This document shows positions 18,970 through 28,462 of a DNA stretch of 60,088 nt, piece by piece. Each line of letters opens with the position of its first letter. Positions within the stretch are counted from its first letter, which is position 1. The notes beneath the pieces are model-generated. The model did not search any database. It saw nothing but the letters and a program-made list of their open reading frames with translations, and was not told the origin of the DNA. Position numbers and translations under genes: made by a program. Source of the DNA: an uncultured virus (IMG/VR IMGVR_UViG_2061766007_003336) (lineage: Duplodnaviria > Heunggongvirae > Uroviricota > Caudoviricetes); the IMG/VR virus record IMGVR_UViG_2061766007_003336; one strand, written 5' to 3'.

Positions 18970-19567
18970 TGGATGCCTCTTTGGTCAGTTTTTTTGCACT
19001 TGCCAGAAATTTCTGTGCTGTCTGCTCATAACGTTCCCGCTCTTTCCGATAAGATTCAGCCTTAGCACTGAGTCGGTCTCCCTGACGCTTTATGTATTCA
19101 GCGCTGACTTTTCTTTCCAGAGGTTGCAGACGGTCATACTCAGCACAGAGTTTGATCCACAGGTCTTCCTGCAATTTCCAGAGAGTGTCATAGATCACCG
19201 GTTCCTGTGACTTTAGAGGTTTAGCAGCTGTTTTAATGCTCACGGCTGCTTCGAGCAGAGCATTAAACGTTCCGAGTTCCCTGGCTTCGTCGAGCGCTTC
19301 ATAAAACACGGCCCCTTTTGCTTCACGGTCCTTTTTGCAGTCAGGGACACACCACCAGGCGTTGCGGACTTCAGAAGCTGATGCGAAATCGTGAAAGCGG
19401 TATGCAGAGCGTTTGGCTTCCGCCCTGACTACGATTCCTTCAAACTCGCTCCAGTGCACTGTTACATTCGCATTCTTCCAGGCGTTGCCCCAATAACTGG
19501 ACTTATCGATCCACCCGAGCATAAGCTCTCTGGTTCGCACTGTGTTAAATTTTTCATTTTTGCTCAT
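18962..19567 (-). CDS. hypothetical protein
   Basis: ORF in an overlapping gene run with RBS. Confidence 0.7.
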   Translation of the reverse strand: MSKNEKFNTVRTRELMLGWIDKSSYWGNAWKNANVTVHWSEFEGIVVRAEAKRSAYRFHDFASASEVRNAWWCVPDCKKDREAKGAVFYEALDEARELGTFNALLEAAVSIKTAAKPLKSQEPVIYDTLWKLQEDLWIKLCAEYDRLQPLERKVSAEYIKRQGDRLSAKAESYRKERERYEQTAQKFLASAKKLTKEASNE

Positions 19568-19910
19568 CGCTACCTCCTTGACAAGATTCGTAAAGATCCA
19601 TCAAAAAGTTCAGAAATTCAACAGCCAGCGGGTCGTATCCGGGCTGGCCGGCATAAGGTACAGCAGGATGCTTGCTTAGGTCTTCAATCACAGTCCAGCA
19701 GACATCTTTCAGCGAATTGTGGACTGAGTTTTGAATCCCGTCTTTCATTAGGAACAGTAGTTTCATCAGATTCAGCCTTGAACTTTCGTCCAGAGACCTG
19801 ATCCACCTTCCTGTAAACGTGTTAGTGTTGCGCAAAGCGGCTTCGCGGTCACCGTTCTGTGCTTTGATCCGGTCATCATCAACCCTGCTCATCATGCTCC
19901 TCCTCGTCAT
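19554..19910 (-). CDS. hypothetical protein
   Basis: ORF in an overlapping gene run; start uncertain. Confidence 0.6.
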   Translation of the reverse strand: MTRRSMMSRVDDDRIKAQNGDREAALRNTNTFTGRWIRSLDESSRLNLMKLLFLMKDGIQNSVHNSLKDVCWTVIEDLSKHPAVPYAGQPGYDPLAVEFLNFLMDLYESCQGGSDEQK

Positions 19911-20052
19911 GTTTCATTTCTTCGACGATCTCCCCGACTTTCTGTTTGATCAGATGTGCCAGTTTGACGCCGTGTCTTTCAAAATGTTTGAACTTCTCCA
20001 TCAGCTCAAGATGATCGAGCCAGTCATTGAGTTCCTGTTTACTCAGTTTCAT
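19879..20052 (-). CDS. small hypothetical protein (57 aa)
   Basis: MKLSKQELNDWLDHL..., AAGGAG RBS; fills the gap between neighbours. Confidence 0.55.
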   Translation of the reverse strand: MKLSKQELNDWLDHLELMEKFKHFERHGVKLAHLIKQKVGEIVEEMKHDEEEHDEQG

Positions 20053-20572
20053 TGTCTTTCTCCTTTACTAATATGGTTGATAATAATGAGTCTACGGGCT
20101 CCGTTGCTACATAGAACGGACCCGATGTCGGAGCTTTGTACCACTTGCCGCGGCATGCTGATACCGGGCTTGCCCAGAACCAGTCTACGCCAAGCAGCAT
20201 ATCAGCCAGTTCCCTGTTGGGCTTGCGGGACTTGGCCCCTTCCCGTCCTATGGCTATAGCTTCTGGCCTTGTCGGCAGTCTCCATCTCCCGAGCGGATTC
20301 TGGGCGGCCACCGCTTCATGGGCTGCGTGCTTTCCTTTCAGAAGCACGATCTCGGATACCTTACCGAGATGTCTTGCTGGTTTGTCCAGCTTGACATGTT
20401 TGAAAATATCTGAAGCCTGGAACGCACCGGAGAGCTCTGCTCCGTTTTCATTTGAGTACAAAGTCTGCAGCGCTTCCTGGGCAGTTGAGCGCAGTTCCCT
20501 GATCTCCTCCCTGATTTCCTCCATGCGGCTAACGATGTCCTTCAGCATAGAGTATGCCTCTGCTTTATTCAT
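20039..20572 (-). CDS. coiled coil plus DUF1566/Lcl-like domain protein
   Basis: N-terminal coiled coil, WRLPTRPEA and WFWAS motifs; start moved to MNKAEAY. Confidence 0.55.
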   Translation of the reverse strand: MNKAEAYSMLKDIVSRMEEIREEIRELRSTAQEALQTLYSNENGAELSGAFQASDIFKHVKLDKPARHLGKVSEIVLLKGKHAAHEAVAAQNPLGRWRLPTRPEAIAIGREGAKSRKPNRELADMLLGVDWFWASPVSACRGKWYKAPTSGPFYVATEPVDSLLSTILVKEKDNETE

Positions 20573-21092
20573 TTTTTTCCTCCCACGTGTATAGAGTTGC
20601 CAGCATACATGCAAAAGACTGCTGCTCTCGGTCAAACGGAACCCTACGGTATCCTGCGCTTTTTTCAAACCATCTGGGATACGCTGTCAGGACATCAGTA
20701 AATTTCAGGATCATATTGACAGGGCTTACAGCAAACTGCTTAAGACACTCTGTGAAATGATCTGAAATGACTTTTGCCTGGGCATTCCAGGCTTTGGTCA
20801 GGCTGCGGTCAGGTGTCGTGTCATAGTCATAAATACGACAGTAAGTCTGTTGAATGTACTCATATACCCAGACGCTCAGTGGTTCGTCGCAGCTCCATCT
20901 GCCGACTGCTTCTATAAGACACTGCAGTTTGATGAGAATCGGAGCCTTAGATCCCAGGATCAGTTCGGACATAAGCCTGTTATCGTTCATTTCCGTAAGC
21001 AGGAGCTGACAGCAGGTCTCAAGGTCGATAGGATTTGCGTCCAGTTTACTGTTAATCGGTGTTAGTTGTAATTCCATTTTTCCCCTCCTCAT
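20565..21092 (-). CDS. hypothetical protein
   Basis: ORF in an overlapping gene run. Confidence 0.65.
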   Translation of the reverse strand: MRRGKMELQLTPINSKLDANPIDLETCCQLLLTEMNDNRLMSELILGSKAPILIKLQCLIEAVGRWSCDEPLSVWVYEYIQQTYCRIYDYDTTPDRSLTKAWNAQAKVISDHFTECLKQFAVSPVNMILKFTDVLTAYPRWFEKSAGYRRVPFDREQQSFACMLATLYTWEEKNE

Positions 21093-21595
21093 AGCCTGGT
21101 TTCGTTAACCAAAACAACTGTTCTGATGTTTTTCAAGGGATTGACAGCATGACATCCCTCTTCCGCATCGACAACGATTCTGAGACCTGTCTTCGTGCAT
21201 TCTCCGGTCCATATACCGTCGCCTTTACTGAAGGAAGAGTCTCCTTGTTCTAACGCTAACTTAAGAATGGTCTCGGCTTCGACCGAAGACGGCAGCCTCC
21301 AGTTTCCCTGAGCAACTTTAAGGGCTCTGTCCAGCCCTGCACGGTATTTGTAGATTCCGAAGATTTTAACTCTGGACAAGCCGCTGGTGTGCTCAGGTAC
21401 AGGGTACACTTTTCCGTCCTGACCGGGACGAAAGGGTCCTGCTACGGTGGTCGGGCGCAGCTTATCGGCAAAGGTTTGGAGCTCTGCGAGTTCCTTCTTG
21501 AGGCTGGTCATACGATCGTCCATGTCCCCGATCAGTTCTGTTACAGCATTTATGCGCTGCTGCAGCTGATTATAGACTTTTTCAGTTACTGGCAT
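21089..21595 (-). CDS. coiled coil plus DUF1566/Lcl-like domain protein (likely paralog of 20039-20572)
   Basis: WRLPSSVEA and GIWTG motifs; start moved to MPVTEK after GGAGG. Confidence 0.55.
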   Translation of the reverse strand: MPVTEKVYNQLQQRINAVTELIGDMDDRMTSLKKELAELQTFADKLRPTTVAGPFRPGQDGKVYPVPEHTSGLSRVKIFGIYKYRAGLDRALKVAQGNWRLPSSVEAETILKLALEQGDSSFSKGDGIWTGECTKTGLRIVVDAEEGCHAVNPLKNIRTVVLVNETRL

Positions 21596-21857
21596 GACGC
21601 GCCTCCAGCTCCGCCGTGAGAGCATTGATATCCGCCGGTAAGGGTTTTGACTGCCCTTCGCCTTCAAAGATCCGCCTGACAGCGTGAGTCAGTTCGACTT
21701 CCATAATAGTGATCATCTGCTCAAGCGCGTCGTTTTTGCCGAACAGATTATACACTCCCTGTTTCAGCATTTTACGCTGATTTTTCACGGCAGTTTTCAC
21801 CGCCTGCTGAAACTGCTTTTTCAGCTCCTTTTCTCTCTTGTCCATGACTTCCTCCAT
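21582..21857 (-). CDS. hypothetical protein, first gene of a leftward operon
   Basis: ORF with RBS downstream of the recurring promoter motif. Confidence 0.65.
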   Translation of the reverse strand: MEEVMDKREKELKKQFQQAVKTAVKNQRKMLKQGVYNLFGKNDALEQMITIMEVELTHAVRRIFEGEGQSKPLPADINALTAELEARHASN

Positions 21858-21873
21858 AAGTAATTGATAATTC

Positions 21874-21905
21874 GGGAAAGTCTTTCCCTACATATACTTA
21901 TGACA
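21874..21905 (-). promoter_or_regulatory. recurring TGTCATAAGTA motif with hairpin
   Basis: TACTTATGACA at 21895-21905; GGGAAA/TTTCCC hairpin at 21874-21888. Confidence 0.6.
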
Positions 21906-21908
21906 AAT

Positions 21909-22310
21909 CTAAACGATTTCGAGTGTGAATTGACTAATACCCTTCAGACTGTCCAGAAATTGCTGCATAGCTTTTTTAGACTCAGTCACCATGAAGCTTT
22001 TGCCGTAGGGTCGGATATCTTTCCCTACAAGAATACAGCCCCTGGTACTCGAGGTGAAGTTGCCCTGGTGGAACAGGATGCCTGCCCTGTCTTTTACGTC
22101 GCAGACTATAAATGTCTCCCCGAACTTTTTGCTCCAGGTACGTTCACAGCGGTATATCCCGGGGGGAATGCAGCTGCAGCTCGGCTTGTTGTCGTTCCAC
22201 GGGAGTTCGAGAGTACTGAACTCACGGGATACCCCGTCGGCGTCAGTGTAGGCAAGCGTGCCTGGTGTACAGGTCTGAGAGCAGGTATTTCTTGTAAGGA
22301 TAATCCTCAT
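21909..22310 (-). CDS. DUF5675-family protein, candidate endolysin
   Basis: TLELPWNDN...CIPPGIY...RAGILFHQGN...TRGCILVG; coupled to the spanin genes. Confidence 0.75.
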   Translation of the reverse strand: MRIILTRNTCSQTCTPGTLAYTDADGVSREFSTLELPWNDNKPSCSCIPPGIYRCERTWSKKFGETFIVCDVKDRAGILFHQGNFTSSTRGCILVGKDIRPYGKSFMVTESKKAMQQFLDSLKGISQFTLEIV

Positions 22311-22594
22311 TCGTCCGGGTCCTTGTGCTGTGCGGTTCCGCGGAGACACCTGATAACGGCTTTAAGTTTTTGGACGTAACTGTTCTGCTTTACGATATTA
22401 TCAAGCAGTTTACGGAGCTTGACGTTCTCAGGATCTTCCGCATTGATAACTTCAAATACCGGAGGTTCAGGATCCAGACACAGTTCATGTGTCAGGGGAG
22501 GCAGCTCAGGTTTACTCTGAGCAGTGCCCGAACAGTTCGTTAAGACGGGGAACGATAGAATCAAAATCCCCAGCATCCATACATACCGCTTCAT
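22307..22594 (-). CDS. outer-membrane lipoprotein, o-spanin (Rz1-like)
   Basis: Lipoprotein signal ending VLTNC, Pro-rich body; overlaps the end of the i-spanin gene. Confidence 0.7.
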   Translation of the reverse strand: MKRYVWMLGILILSFPVLTNCSGTAQSKPELPPLTHELCLDPEPPVFEVINAEDPENVKLRKLLDNIVKQNSYVQKLKAVIRCLRGTAQHKDPDE

Positions 22595-22871
22595 TGGTAT
22601 CTAGCTCCTGTTTTTCGTTGTTCGTGATCGTATTGATGGTTTTAATGTACAGTTTGACGGTTTCGGCATCTTTGATAACTAAGGCCATTTTTTCGTTAAG
22701 AACTGCGATTTCGGCATTTTTTGTTTCGATTTCAGCGTTGAGCCTGTCAATTTTGTCTGACATCCGTTCAAGAGTAAACCAGAGGATAAAAAAAACCAAA
22801 GCTGTCAGAATGATAATAATTTCTTTGCGGTGATCATAAAGATACCCCCATACCGCAAGACCGGCAAGCAT
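22512..22871 (-). CDS. inner-membrane i-spanin (Rz-like)
   Basis: N-terminal TM then coiled coil with a C-terminal Cys; overlapped by the lipoprotein gene. Confidence 0.7.
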   Translation of the reverse strand: MLAGLAVWGYLYDHRKEIIIILTALVFFILWFTLERMSDKIDRLNAEIETKNAEIAVLNEKMALVIKDAETVKLYIKTINTITNNEKQELDTNEAVCMDAGDFDSIVPRLNELFGHCSE

Positions 22872-22872
22872 A

Positions 22873-23304
22873 TTACTGCCTCCCGTATACTTCGTTGAGT
22901 TTGGCTATCAGATAAGGACTGACGAATGGCGCAGCTGCTCCGCCAATACCGGCACCGAGAAGGCCGCCGCCGATTGCTCCGGATATGCCGCCATTGATGA
23001 GAAGTCCGAGACCGGCTCCTGTAATACCCCCGAACCCAGCTCCGTAAAGTGCAGCGGTTTCGGGGGTAGGAATCTGAAACGGTACCGGAGCTGCAGGAGC
23101 ACTGGGAACTGTTTCAGCCGGCATAACGGGAACTGTTCCCGGGAGAGTGTACTCTCCCGAGAAGTCAAAACCCTGCGGAACAGTAGTATTGATGAACAGT
23201 TCCGGACTGATTTCCTGCGGGGTGCGTTCCGCCTGACGCCGCCACAAACGCGGTAGTACGAAAGGCAGCGGACAGAACATGTTTTTTACTCCGTATTGGA
23301 TCAA
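22873..23304 (-). CDS. glycine-zipper membrane or virion protein
   Basis: GxxxG repeats (GAGFGGITGAGLG...GGGLLGAGIGG). Confidence 0.6.
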   Translation of the reverse strand: MIQYGVKNMFCPLPFVLPRLWRRQAERTPQEISPELFINTTVPQGFDFSGEYTLPGTVPVMPAETVPSAPAAPVPFQIPTPETAALYGAGFGGITGAGLGLLINGGISGAIGGGLLGAGIGGAAAPFVSPYLIAKLNEVYGRQ

Positions 23305-23314
23305 CTAAAACTCC

Positions 23315-25642
23315 TCAATCATTGCGACGAATAAATTTCGCCAGGGTGTATATAATTCCTGCGGCAAAATCGTGTACAGTAAGAGACTTTATATAATCCG
23401 ACCACGATTCTCTGCTAAGAACGAGGGAGTTTTTATTTTTGCCGTAGATATACGGAGTAGTATCAAACGTTGCTCCCTCATTGCATAGGATCAAGTGGTC
23501 CGCTTTAGCCTTCTCGAATACGTCGACAGCACCTGAGGTCGTAAAATAAGCTTCTGCCTGTGAGGTATAATGGAACGTAGCACCCCACCTGCCAGTGGTT
23601 TCATTATGCGTCCATGTAAGGTTACCGTTAACAAAATCTCCCGTTAAGAATGTTCCCGAGAAATACGGATCCCATCCTTTCCAGGAGAGGATGCAGGCGG
23701 TTTTGCTGTTAAGCATGTCTTTGCTCTCGGGAGTAAAATCAGGCTCAGCGTCTACAGGAGTTATTTCTGCTGCCAAGCCGACGGTAGTAGTAGCGTTAGT
23801 GTAGAATACGCTGGCAGCTTCGAAAGATACAGTTGACATTGAGCCGTCCTGAGGCATATACTCAAACTGCATACCTGGTGCTGCCATCTGAGTAACAGTC
23901 TGAAACTCATATCTTTTAGCCTCGCCACCATACATTTCCGGGGCGTACTCTTCTGATGCCCATGCGTCAGCAACCGTGCTTACCTGATTGTAATCAACCC
24001 AACGGTCTTCGGCTTCTGTCTTAGTAAACTTAGCCAGGACGAATGCTCTTGAAGACATGGTCGGGTTACTGAAGTCACAGAATGTAGAGATCTCTGCTGC
24101 TGTGTCTGTAGAGTTCTTGGCGAAGAGAAATTTCCAGTCCCCTGACCCCTCCACTTTCTTTATCTCAGTGCACTGATAGGACATGTCCATACCCCCTTCC
24201 TGTTCCCTGGTGTATCCGTTGAGGCAGGTAAGGTTGAGAGAAGCTTCCGCCAGTTGGTTGGCTATCGTTACCGGCAGCCACTTAACATCATTGCTGCCGT
24301 TTACAAATTTAGCCAGATCGGCAAGGCGGCTAGTAGCATCGGAAGACGGAATGTTCATTCTGATACTCTGGAGCTCTTCATCCGGCATAATCCTCTTACT
24401 AAATTCTGTCCAGCCGCACTCCCTGCTCGGGTCAACCTCTTCTCTGGTGCCGGTTAGCGGAGCGTAGAAAGTAGTATAATAACTGTCTGCAGTGATGCTC
24501 TCGTATGCTCCGAAAGCTAGTTTAATAACGTTGGGGAACAAAGGTCCGGAGTATGGAAGAGATATGCCTGAAAGAGCTACATTACGTTCGTCTGTTATTG
24601 TGTTATTACGGAAAGTCTTAACCATATATGTTTTATAGGTGTCGACATAATCGTCAGTCGGATTCCGGAAATATCTGATCTGATCTCCGAATTTGGTTGG
24701 GTTAAGCATATCGCCGGTCCAACGTACCTGGTTGAGTTTATCAACAGGAACAGAACCGTCAGACGTATCTCCAGGCTGGAAGAATATCTCACCTACGGAG
24801 CCGCCGGTCCACCCGTAAGTATAGGTAACCACAGGCGCCCTTGTAGGTTCGGTATCTGAAGGAGTATCATTGTCTTTACTCGGGTCATAGTGAGCAACGT
24901 GATGGAAATTGCGTTCAGGATACTCTTCCTTAACCCCGAAGTCCATAACACCTACTGTGTCTGGATCTGTACCTATGCCGTAAAAGTAGCACGGCAGCTG
25001 CGGATTCCTGCTGCTGACTGTCGCATTTCCCTGCGCATCGAATGAAAGTCTGAGGTCGTCTTTGCTACCCAGAAAGCCTGCACGCCACAATAAAAGATTG
25101 AGCCATTTGAACATACCCGGATCTGTTTCTGTGCCGAGATCGAGGATACCTTGTGCGGCTGCCGCCTGGCATTTGCTGAAGAAACTGGTTTCAGAGTCTG
25201 TATATACGTAGTCATCCCAGTCCTTGTCCGCGAAATTACCTTGTGCTATGTCCGTATAAATCCTGTCGAAATCAGCTATATGGTTGTTCATAAGATAGTT
25301 ATAAGCCAGATTAAGCATAGTAGCCAGTTCTGTAGGCACAGCCTTATCCTCGCCGGTTTTAACTGTGTACTCGTTGGGATTTGATTTATATCCTGTTATC
25401 GACTCAAACAGAGTTCTGAATACTCTACCGGCAGCTTTGCCCGTCATGTATGTCATCCAGTCTTTGATTTCACTTACAGTCATCTTTCTTGTAACAGCAT
25501 GACTGAAGTCAGTAACTTTCTCGGGACTGTCTTCATTAGTAGCGTCACCGTCTACGTCAATGATAGGCATGATGTCCTGATTATTGGGCATATTACCCTG
25601 ATAATCTTCAAGTTCCCAGATGGGTTTTGCTTTAATAGTCAT
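23315..25642 (-). CDS. large acidic protein (775 aa), probably virion-associated
   Basis: Long ORF with GGAGG RBS in the structural region; no catalytic motif seen. Confidence 0.75.
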   Translation of the reverse strand: MTIKAKPIWELEDYQGNMPNNQDIMPIIDVDGDATNEDSPEKVTDFSHAVTRKMTVSEIKDWMTYMTGKAAGRVFRTLFESITGYKSNPNEYTVKTGEDKAVPTELATMLNLAYNYLMNNHIADFDRIYTDIAQGNFADKDWDDYVYTDSETSFFSKCQAAAAQGILDLGTETDPGMFKWLNLLLWRAGFLGSKDDLRLSFDAQGNATVSSRNPQLPCYFYGIGTDPDTVGVMDFGVKEEYPERNFHHVAHYDPSKDNDTPSDTEPTRAPVVTYTYGWTGGSVGEIFFQPGDTSDGSVPVDKLNQVRWTGDMLNPTKFGDQIRYFRNPTDDYVDTYKTYMVKTFRNNTITDERNVALSGISLPYSGPLFPNVIKLAFGAYESITADSYYTTFYAPLTGTREEVDPSRECGWTEFSKRIMPDEELQSIRMNIPSSDATSRLADLAKFVNGSNDVKWLPVTIANQLAEASLNLTCLNGYTREQEGGMDMSYQCTEIKKVEGSGDWKFLFAKNSTDTAAEISTFCDFSNPTMSSRAFVLAKFTKTEAEDRWVDYNQVSTVADAWASEEYAPEMYGGEAKRYEFQTVTQMAAPGMQFEYMPQDGSMSTVSFEAASVFYTNATTTVGLAAEITPVDAEPDFTPESKDMLNSKTACILSWKGWDPYFSGTFLTGDFVNGNLTWTHNETTGRWGATFHYTSQAEAYFTTSGAVDVFEKAKADHLILCNEGATFDTTPYIYGKNKNSLVLSRESWSDYIKSLTVHDFAAGIIYTLAKFIRRND

Positions 25643-25722
25643 ATCGGTGTCCTCCGAAAAAAAACGTTTAATTTCTACAGGAACGAACCTGCTCTGTTAT
25701 TATATTATTGTAGGCGAGGAAA

Positions 25723-26475
25723 TCAATCTAATTGTTCTTGAAGGTTCTGGCCGCGCAGAATCGTTCGGGCGTTGAAGTCTCCCGGAATAGCTACGGAGCT
25801 GATGTCAACGAAGTAACCGATTCCGTTCATCATATAGACTGGAACGCCGTCGACGACGGAGCCGACCATGGTTGCAAGATGTTCGCATCTGTCACTCGGA
25901 ATACGGTTGTGGTGTCCGCATACGGAGCAGAACTCACCGGATTCGGGCGGAAGGTCAGGTGCATAGATCCTGTAGCCCATACTGACCAGAAGGCATTTGT
26001 TTCCTGCGATGCGCAGACATTCTCTGGTAGCAAGACCCCAGTCGTATCTGATAAGGATCTCGAGCCGTTTATACTTTTCGTTGTAATGAGCATCGATAAT
26101 ATCTCCGATGGCGTTGTCTTTTGATCTGTACTGATGGTTCCTCGAAGCGATGGCTTTTTTCGCGAAGCTGTGCTGCGTTACCGGAAGTGTTCCCTGCTCC
26201 GAAATTTTAGCGAAAGGGCGCGAGTACAGCGCATCGCCGTTGTCATTCGGACCGAAATACTCCCACGGGGTAGCAGCAAGCACAAGAACTACTTCGTCTT
26301 TAGGATGTTTTTTTGCAGCAAGACCTTTGGCCATCAGAGCATCATAATATTCCCGGTCTTCTTCAGGAATACCTGAAGCAAGCTTGTCGTTATTCTTATT
26401 GTCCAGCCTGAAAGCCAGGGCGGTGTCAATGAATTTGGTGTCATCATATTTGAAATCTTTGATCGGATCATCCAT
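25723..26475 (-). CDS. prohead (capsid maturation) protease-like protein with zinc-binding insert
   Basis: NDNGDA...RNH...AIGDIIDA...VSMG...CSVCG...CEH...DISSV.IPGD pattern of large-phage head proteases. Confidence 0.7.
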   Translation of the reverse strand: MDDPIKDFKYDDTKFIDTALAFRLDNKNNDKLASGIPEEDREYYDALMAKGLAAKKHPKDEVVLVLAATPWEYFGPNDNGDALYSRPFAKISEQGTLPVTQHSFAKKAIASRNHQYRSKDNAIGDIIDAHYNEKYKRLEILIRYDWGLATRECLRIAGNKCLLVSMGYRIYAPDLPPESGEFCSVCGHHNRIPSDRCEHLATMVGSVVDGVPVYMMNGIGYFVDISSVAIPGDFNARTILRGQNLQEQLD

Positions 26476-26477
26476 TG

Positions 26478-27290
26478 TTACTCTCCCATGTACTGCGCTG
26501 CCAGAGCTTTATGAGCCTGCGTGTAGGCGTTTTCCCTGCGTCTGAGTTCAGCGGCGGTGTATTTATCAGAAGTAGCTCCGTAAACGTCGTTTTCAAGTTC
26601 TCTGGCCTGGCGGAGTGCCGAGTTGTTACCTGCCAGAGCACCTACGGTTCCTCCGAGAAGCAGGCCGCCCAGAGCCGCTCCCGGAACAGCCAGACGGCGC
26701 CAGCCTTCAGCTTCGTTGATCTTGTTGGCATTTATCATGTGCTGACGTGCAAGGATACGTGCACCGTAATCGGACAGACCGTATGCGCCTGCCAGGGCGC
26801 TTATTACACCAGCGCCAGTCAGGAAACCCTTAAGTGTTCCTGCGGTTTTATCCCACGGTGCTCTGCGGAGTGACGAATACTTAGCGTAGTCCGGCAGAGT
26901 GCGGTTGGCTCTTGCGATCGCAGCCCTGTCAGCGGAGCGTTCTGCCATCATGTTGCGGTAGCCTGCACTGCCTTCCATCCCGGTACGACCGGTAAGGATG
27001 CCGCCGATTGTGCGGACACGTTCTCCCGGAGTTGCAGCTTCAGACAGTCTGTCGCTGCCTGGGCTGGTAAAGAGTTTGGCTGCTGCATAGCTGCCGAGCC
27101 CGCCGAGCGCGAGCCCGCCGAGCGCGGCACCGATTGCAGGTTTGACTGTATTTTCCGCATCCTGCTTCAACTGCATGGCTCTTTTCAGATCCATGTAGTT
27201 GGCGTATGCAGGACCAAAGAGGTTATATCCGGCAAGACCCAGACTGGCCAGGCCTGTGCTGAGGAGCAGAGCTTTTGTTCCGATTCCCAT
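26478..27290 (-). CDS. Gly/Ala-rich glycine-zipper protein, probably virion-associated
   Basis: Several GxxxG hydrophobic segments; start moved to MGIGTK after GGAGG. Confidence 0.7.
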   Translation of the reverse strand: MGIGTKALLLSTGLASLGLAGYNLFGPAYANYMDLKRAMQLKQDAENTVKPAIGAALGGLALGGLGSYAAAKLFTSPGSDRLSEAATPGERVRTIGGILTGRTGMEGSAGYRNMMAERSADRAAIARANRTLPDYAKYSSLRRAPWDKTAGTLKGFLTGAGVISALAGAYGLSDYGARILARQHMINANKINEAEGWRRLAVPGAALGGLLLGGTVGALAGNNSALRQARELENDVYGATSDKYTAAELRRRENAYTQAHKALAAQYMGE

Positions 27291-27309
27291 AATATCCTCC
27301 CGTGCTTGC

Positions 27310-27840
27310 TTATCCGAGGGACTGCTGAGCACGCGCCATATTGTAAACGTAGTCAGCTCTAAGTCCGGTTGAGTCGGTCAGAAGTGCGTTCTGAATTGCG
27401 GGAAGAACTGCCGAAGGAGCCTTTCTGACGAGATCAGGAGCGATTTTACCGACCTGGGAATAGAGAGCCCTGGCCTTAGCTTCGCCCATAGCCTGAACCG
27501 ACGGATCGTTTTTGATAAGGTCAAATTTTTTGCTGAGCTTGTACTGATCGTACGCTTTGCCCGGCATATCGAAAAGGGAGTTACCGAGGTCAGTGACTCT
27601 GTTCTTTACAAGATCAATAGGCGTGTCGAACATAGCCTCGTTAATCTTCTCCTGACCCATTACATAGCGTCTGGTTCCGCCGCTCTGCGCCCACGCCTTA
27701 GCTTCACCCTGCGCGTTCCACGTCGGTTTGTTAAGAGCAAGCCATCTTTGTTTGGCGAGATCGAAGATGTTGTTTGAAAGTGCATAAATGGCAGCTGCTC
27801 CGCCTAAGCCGCCGAGAAGAGTAGTAGCTGCACCAGCCAT
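27310..27840 (-). CDS. hypothetical protein, probably virion-associated
   Basis: Start moved to MAGAATT after AGGAGG. Confidence 0.7.
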   Translation of the reverse strand: MAGAATTLLGGLGGAAAIYALSNNIFDLAKQRWLALNKPTWNAQGEAKAWAQSGGTRRYVMGQEKINEAMFDTPIDLVKNRVTDLGNSLFDMPGKAYDQYKLSKKFDLIKNDPSVQAMGEAKARALYSQVGKIAPDLVRKAPSAVLPAIQNALLTDSTGLRADYVYNMARAQQSLG

Positions 27841-27925
27841 GGTAAAACCTCCTATATAAAAAAACAAAAAAAACATACGTACAAAACCGGCCTCAGCCGG
27901 TCCGTATTATAACCGCTGGTTCAAC

Positions 27926-28141
27926 CTAATGCAAGCCTTTTGCGGGTGAATCATAGTCTTCCGGCGTCGGGCCGTAATACCTGATGAGGCTGGTTTTTAC
28001 GCTGCCGCCGTCAGGATTTCCGTATCTGCGGTAGACTGTGTCCGGCGTATTGACCGGGTCTGACCCGACTTCACCCGACATTTCTGCAAGTTTGTCCGCT
28101 ACGTAGTGTACATAGACGGATTTTCTCCAGTCATATTCCAT
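27926..28141 (-). CDS. small hypothetical protein
   Basis: ORF with GGAG RBS. Confidence 0.55.
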   Translation of the reverse strand: MEYDWRKSVYVHYVADKLAEMSGEVGSDPVNTPDTVYRRYGNPDGGSVKTSLIRYYGPTPEDYDSPAKGLH

Positions 28142-28150
28142 GGCTGTCTC

Positions 28151-28354
28151 CTAGTAGAGCACGATTTTGTCAGCCTTTTTCGGCAGAACAGGTGTGTCCG
28201 AATACTTGCCGTTGATTTTTAGGTTGCCGTCTTCGTCAAGTTCCATACGGGTAACTTTGTCCCCGACGTGGATCTCAGCGCGTCTTCTGTTGTATGACGG
28301 CTTTTCTTCAAGTTCGCTATAAGCGATTTTGCTTACCACCGCTTCCATGCTCAT
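28151..28354 (-). CDS. small hypothetical protein
   Basis: GGAGG RBS before MSMEAVV. Confidence 0.55.
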   Translation of the reverse strand: MSMEAVVSKIAYSELEEKPSYNRRRAEIHVGDKVTRMELDEDGNLKINGKYSDTPVLPKKADKIVLY

Positions 28355-28432
28355 GGTTTCCTCCGTAAAAAACACATACCTATCTATAATAAGCGGAAAA
28401 AAAACAAACGCAAAAAAAGCAGAGCTGAACCT

Positions 28433-28457
28433 GGACCCCCGCCGGAGCGGGGGTCCT
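28433..28457 (-). terminator. GC hairpin after the 28463-29266 gene
   Basis: GGACCCCC/GGGGGTCC stem; T runs follow a short distance downstream on the minus strand. Confidence 0.5.
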
Positions 28458-28462
28458 GAATA

